A stretch of DNA of 64,000 bases from Thecamonas trahens ATCC 50062 (Eukaryota; Protista; Apusomonadida), in NCBI RefSeq assembly GCF_000142905.1, contig NW_013657671.1, positions 434,001-498,000 on the forward strand. Reading direction: 5' to 3'. A model generated the notes under the pieces. It was not told where the DNA came from. It did no database searches and worked only from the letters and a program-made list of their open reading frames with translations. A program made the translations under genes and the position numbers. Positions 61,732 through 64,000 of the stretch are shown here, one piece after another. The first letter of the stretch is position 1; every line of letters begins with the position of its first letter.

Positions 61732-63615
61732 ATGACGTTTGTCTCGAACGGGTCAGCGGGCGGACCCGGCAACGAGCAAGCGCCGCCGCAACAGGTACCT
61801 CTCTCCCCCACGCACACCTCTTCTCCAACAAGTGCAAGCAGCAACGCCCCGCTCTCGGCTCTCAACATGGTGAGCGGCGAGGCGTTGGCCTCGACGACCT
61901 CGGAAACCAAAGTAACAACGACGGCCCCGGGCGCCGGGTCGGCCGACGCCAACCCTGGTGGCAGGCCAATTGGCTCCAGCATGCTGGTGACGACCGAGAC
62001 GGAGACCACAAACAGCACCAATAACCACTCCCAACTGCATGGAGATGCCGAGGAGCACGTCGGCGACATGGCGCCCGTCAATGAGTCATACTCGGTGGCG
62101 GGCTCAGAAAATGGCGGTGGCGACCGAGCGCGCGCTGCCAAGCGGTCTAAGCTGTCAAGCTCGGCAGCTGTCACCCGGCAGACGGCCGAGGTGGACTCGG
62201 GTTCCGACTCGGACTATGTCGAGGGAAAGAAGCAAGATGGAGGCAATGGCAAGCGCAAGCGCAGTAGTGCATCCACCAAGCGAGGCGGTGGAGCCGCTGC
62301 CAAGAGTCGTCGATGGGGCGGCAACCGCGCGTCGAGCCGCCTCTTTCCGCCGCAGGCCAAGGCTGTGTTCGAGACCTGGCTCAAAGATCACCTTGACGAG
62401 CCGTATCCTGAGGAGGAAGACGTGCTGAGGATGGCGCATGACGCTGACGTCAAGCCTGATCAAGTCCTGCAGTGGTTCATCAATGCCCGCCGCCGGCATC
62501 CGCTGCTTGTCAACCGCAACTTCAAGCGGTGTCGCCGTCGGTACTCCACCATTTCCGACCGCGCCTCGACGCAACGCCGCAAGTCGCAGCGCCGGACAAG
62601 AAGCCCGGCCGAGCCAGCAACGGCTCCGATGATGACCGGGACCGGCGGACAGCCGGTGGCCGCATCGTTCCTTTTCGGGCAAAGCGCCAGGGGCTCCGGC
62701 GGCGCCAGCTCGCTGATGCTGCCCACGGCGCAAGACGGCGATGTCGGCTACGGCACCACCGCGCCCATCTATCAGACTATCGGTGCAGGCGGCGAGGTGT
62801 CGCTCATGCCCGGTGCTAGCGGTGCCTCCTGGCCGGGCACTGCCGCAGCCATGCAGTGGTCTACAACGCCGGTGACCATGCAGCAACAGGCTCGCCTCTT
62901 TGCGGCTCAGCAGCAAGCCCAAGCACAGGCCCAGCAGTTGCAGATGCAGGCCCAACAGATGCGCCTGGCCCAGCAGATGGGCATCATGCAGGGCATGGTG
63001 CCGGGGTCGTACCCGTCGTCGCCGTACACAGCGTCAGGTATGAGTCCACAGATGCAGTCACTGGCATACATGCAGCAGTTCCATGCCCACCAGCAGGCAG
63101 TCCAGGCTCAGCAGCAGGCGGCACAAGTCCAGTCGATCAAGACGATGTCGCACTCCCAGCAGGCGCTCTCGCACTTGCAGCAGCTTCCTCAACTTCAGCA
63201 GCAGCAAGTCTTTAATCAAGGTCTCGTCACGCCAACCATGACCGACGTGTACTCCAGCTCGTTCGGCAAGCTTACCCCGGGTTCAGCTTCGGGCTCGGGT
63301 CCGGGCTCGGGCTCAGGCCCGGGCTCGGGCTCGGGCTCATACCCGTCGTTGGCGCAGACTGGCTCGCTCGGTACGTCCGGCATTGCTCCGGTCTCCTACG
63401 AGGTCCAGAACGCGCGCCAAGCCCTTGACCTTGCCAATCAGGTCTTGTACAACGCACACGGTCAGGTGGCCGCCCCGAGCAACAGCCAATCAATGGCTGC
63501 CGCCACCACCAAGGCCGACGATGCTGCTGCTGCTACCACTGCTGCCGCTGTCGCTGCTGCTGCTGCCGCCGCCAGTACGGCCAACGTCGCTGGCAGCACC
63601 CCAGCAGCAATCTAA
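61732..63615 (+). CDS. TALE-class homeobox transcription factor with Gln-rich C-terminus
   Basis: WLKDHLDEPYPEEED...QVLQWFINARRR (PYP loop, Ile50). Confidence 0.88.
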   Translation: MTFVSNGSAGGPGNEQAPPQQVPLSPTHTSSPTSASSNAPLSALNMVSGEALASTTSETKVTTTAPGAGSADANPGGRPIGSSMLVTTETETTNSTNNHSQLHGDAEEHVGDMAPVNESYSVAGSENGGGDRARAAKRSKLSSSAAVTRQTAEVDSGSDSDYVEGKKQDGGNGKRKRSSASTKRGGGAAAKSRRWGGNRASSRLFPPQAKAVFETWLKDHLDEPYPEEEDVLRMAHDADVKPDQVLQWFINARRRHPLLVNRNFKRCRRRYSTISDRASTQRRKSQRRTRSPAEPATAPMMTGTGGQPVAASFLFGQSARGSGGASSLMLPTAQDGDVGYGTTAPIYQTIGAGGEVSLMPGASGASWPGTAAAMQWSTTPVTMQQQARLFAAQQQAQAQAQQLQMQAQQMRLAQQMGIMQGMVPGSYPSSPYTASGMSPQMQSLAYMQQFHAHQQAVQAQQQAAQVQSIKTMSHSQQALSHLQQLPQLQQQQVFNQGLVTPTMTDVYSSSFGKLTPGSASGSGPGSGSGPGSGSGSYPSLAQTGSLGTSGIAPVSYEVQNARQALDLANQVLYNAHGQVAAPSNSQSMAAATTKADDAAAATTAAAVAAAAAAASTANVAGSTPAAI

Positions 63616-64000
63616 CTTTGTCCTCAGCACTGCTATGATAATGAAGCACCTTGCTGAGCCTGGAGAGGGAATGGGGTGATGATGTTGGCAATGCCGTGCC
63701 AGCTGGTCGTCCAAGGTTGGGTGTGTCCTGGCGGTGGTTCGATGAACATTGCGCGCGACCTCCCCCTATTCAGGGCTCACATGGGAGGCGGACAAGAGGG
63801 ACAGACCAACATTCACATACATGTTGGCATGTAACTCCCCGGCATCGATGGCATGGATGGGCAGGTCGCGCGAACTGTTGCTGCCACCGGCGGTAGTTGA
63901 CAGGGAAGGCCACGGGGGTGAACGTGGGTGGAGCAAGCGAGTAAGATGGGTGAGAGGAGTGAGCCGACGACAGGCTGTCGGTCGGAGAGCAATGCAACAT

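Overview
Gene-dense, GC-rich eukaryotic (protist) DNA. It has few spliceosomal introns (mostly GTACG/GTATG donors), two N gaps and several 1-bp frame breaks at homopolymers. The style suggests an apusomonad such as Thecamonas trahens; this is an inference and was not verified. About 21 protein-coding genes are supported: TMEM94-like P-type ATPase relative (partial), RPEL + Dpy-30-like protein, double-Hpt protein, C2-RapGAP-CNH protein, Sushi/Ig/Cys-rich multipass receptor, major vault protein (MVP), U2AF35, two C2H2 proteins, C2orf81-like protein, ankyrin-FERM-LRR protein, severin-like gelsolin, Kelch-PB1-MAP3K-WD40 kinase, mitochondrial DnaJ, NT5DC nucleotidase, Nup54, EF-hand protein, ALFY/WDFY3-like BEACH protein, MFS transporter, NME6-like NDK and a TALE homeobox protein. 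The most striking observation is the full-length MVP carrying an N-terminal UBR-box zinc finger, whose first part sits in a 48-nt exon that the ORF track does not join to it. Next are a tandem Hpt/pseudo-Hpt phosphotransfer protein and a 37-bp minisatellite between divergent genes.
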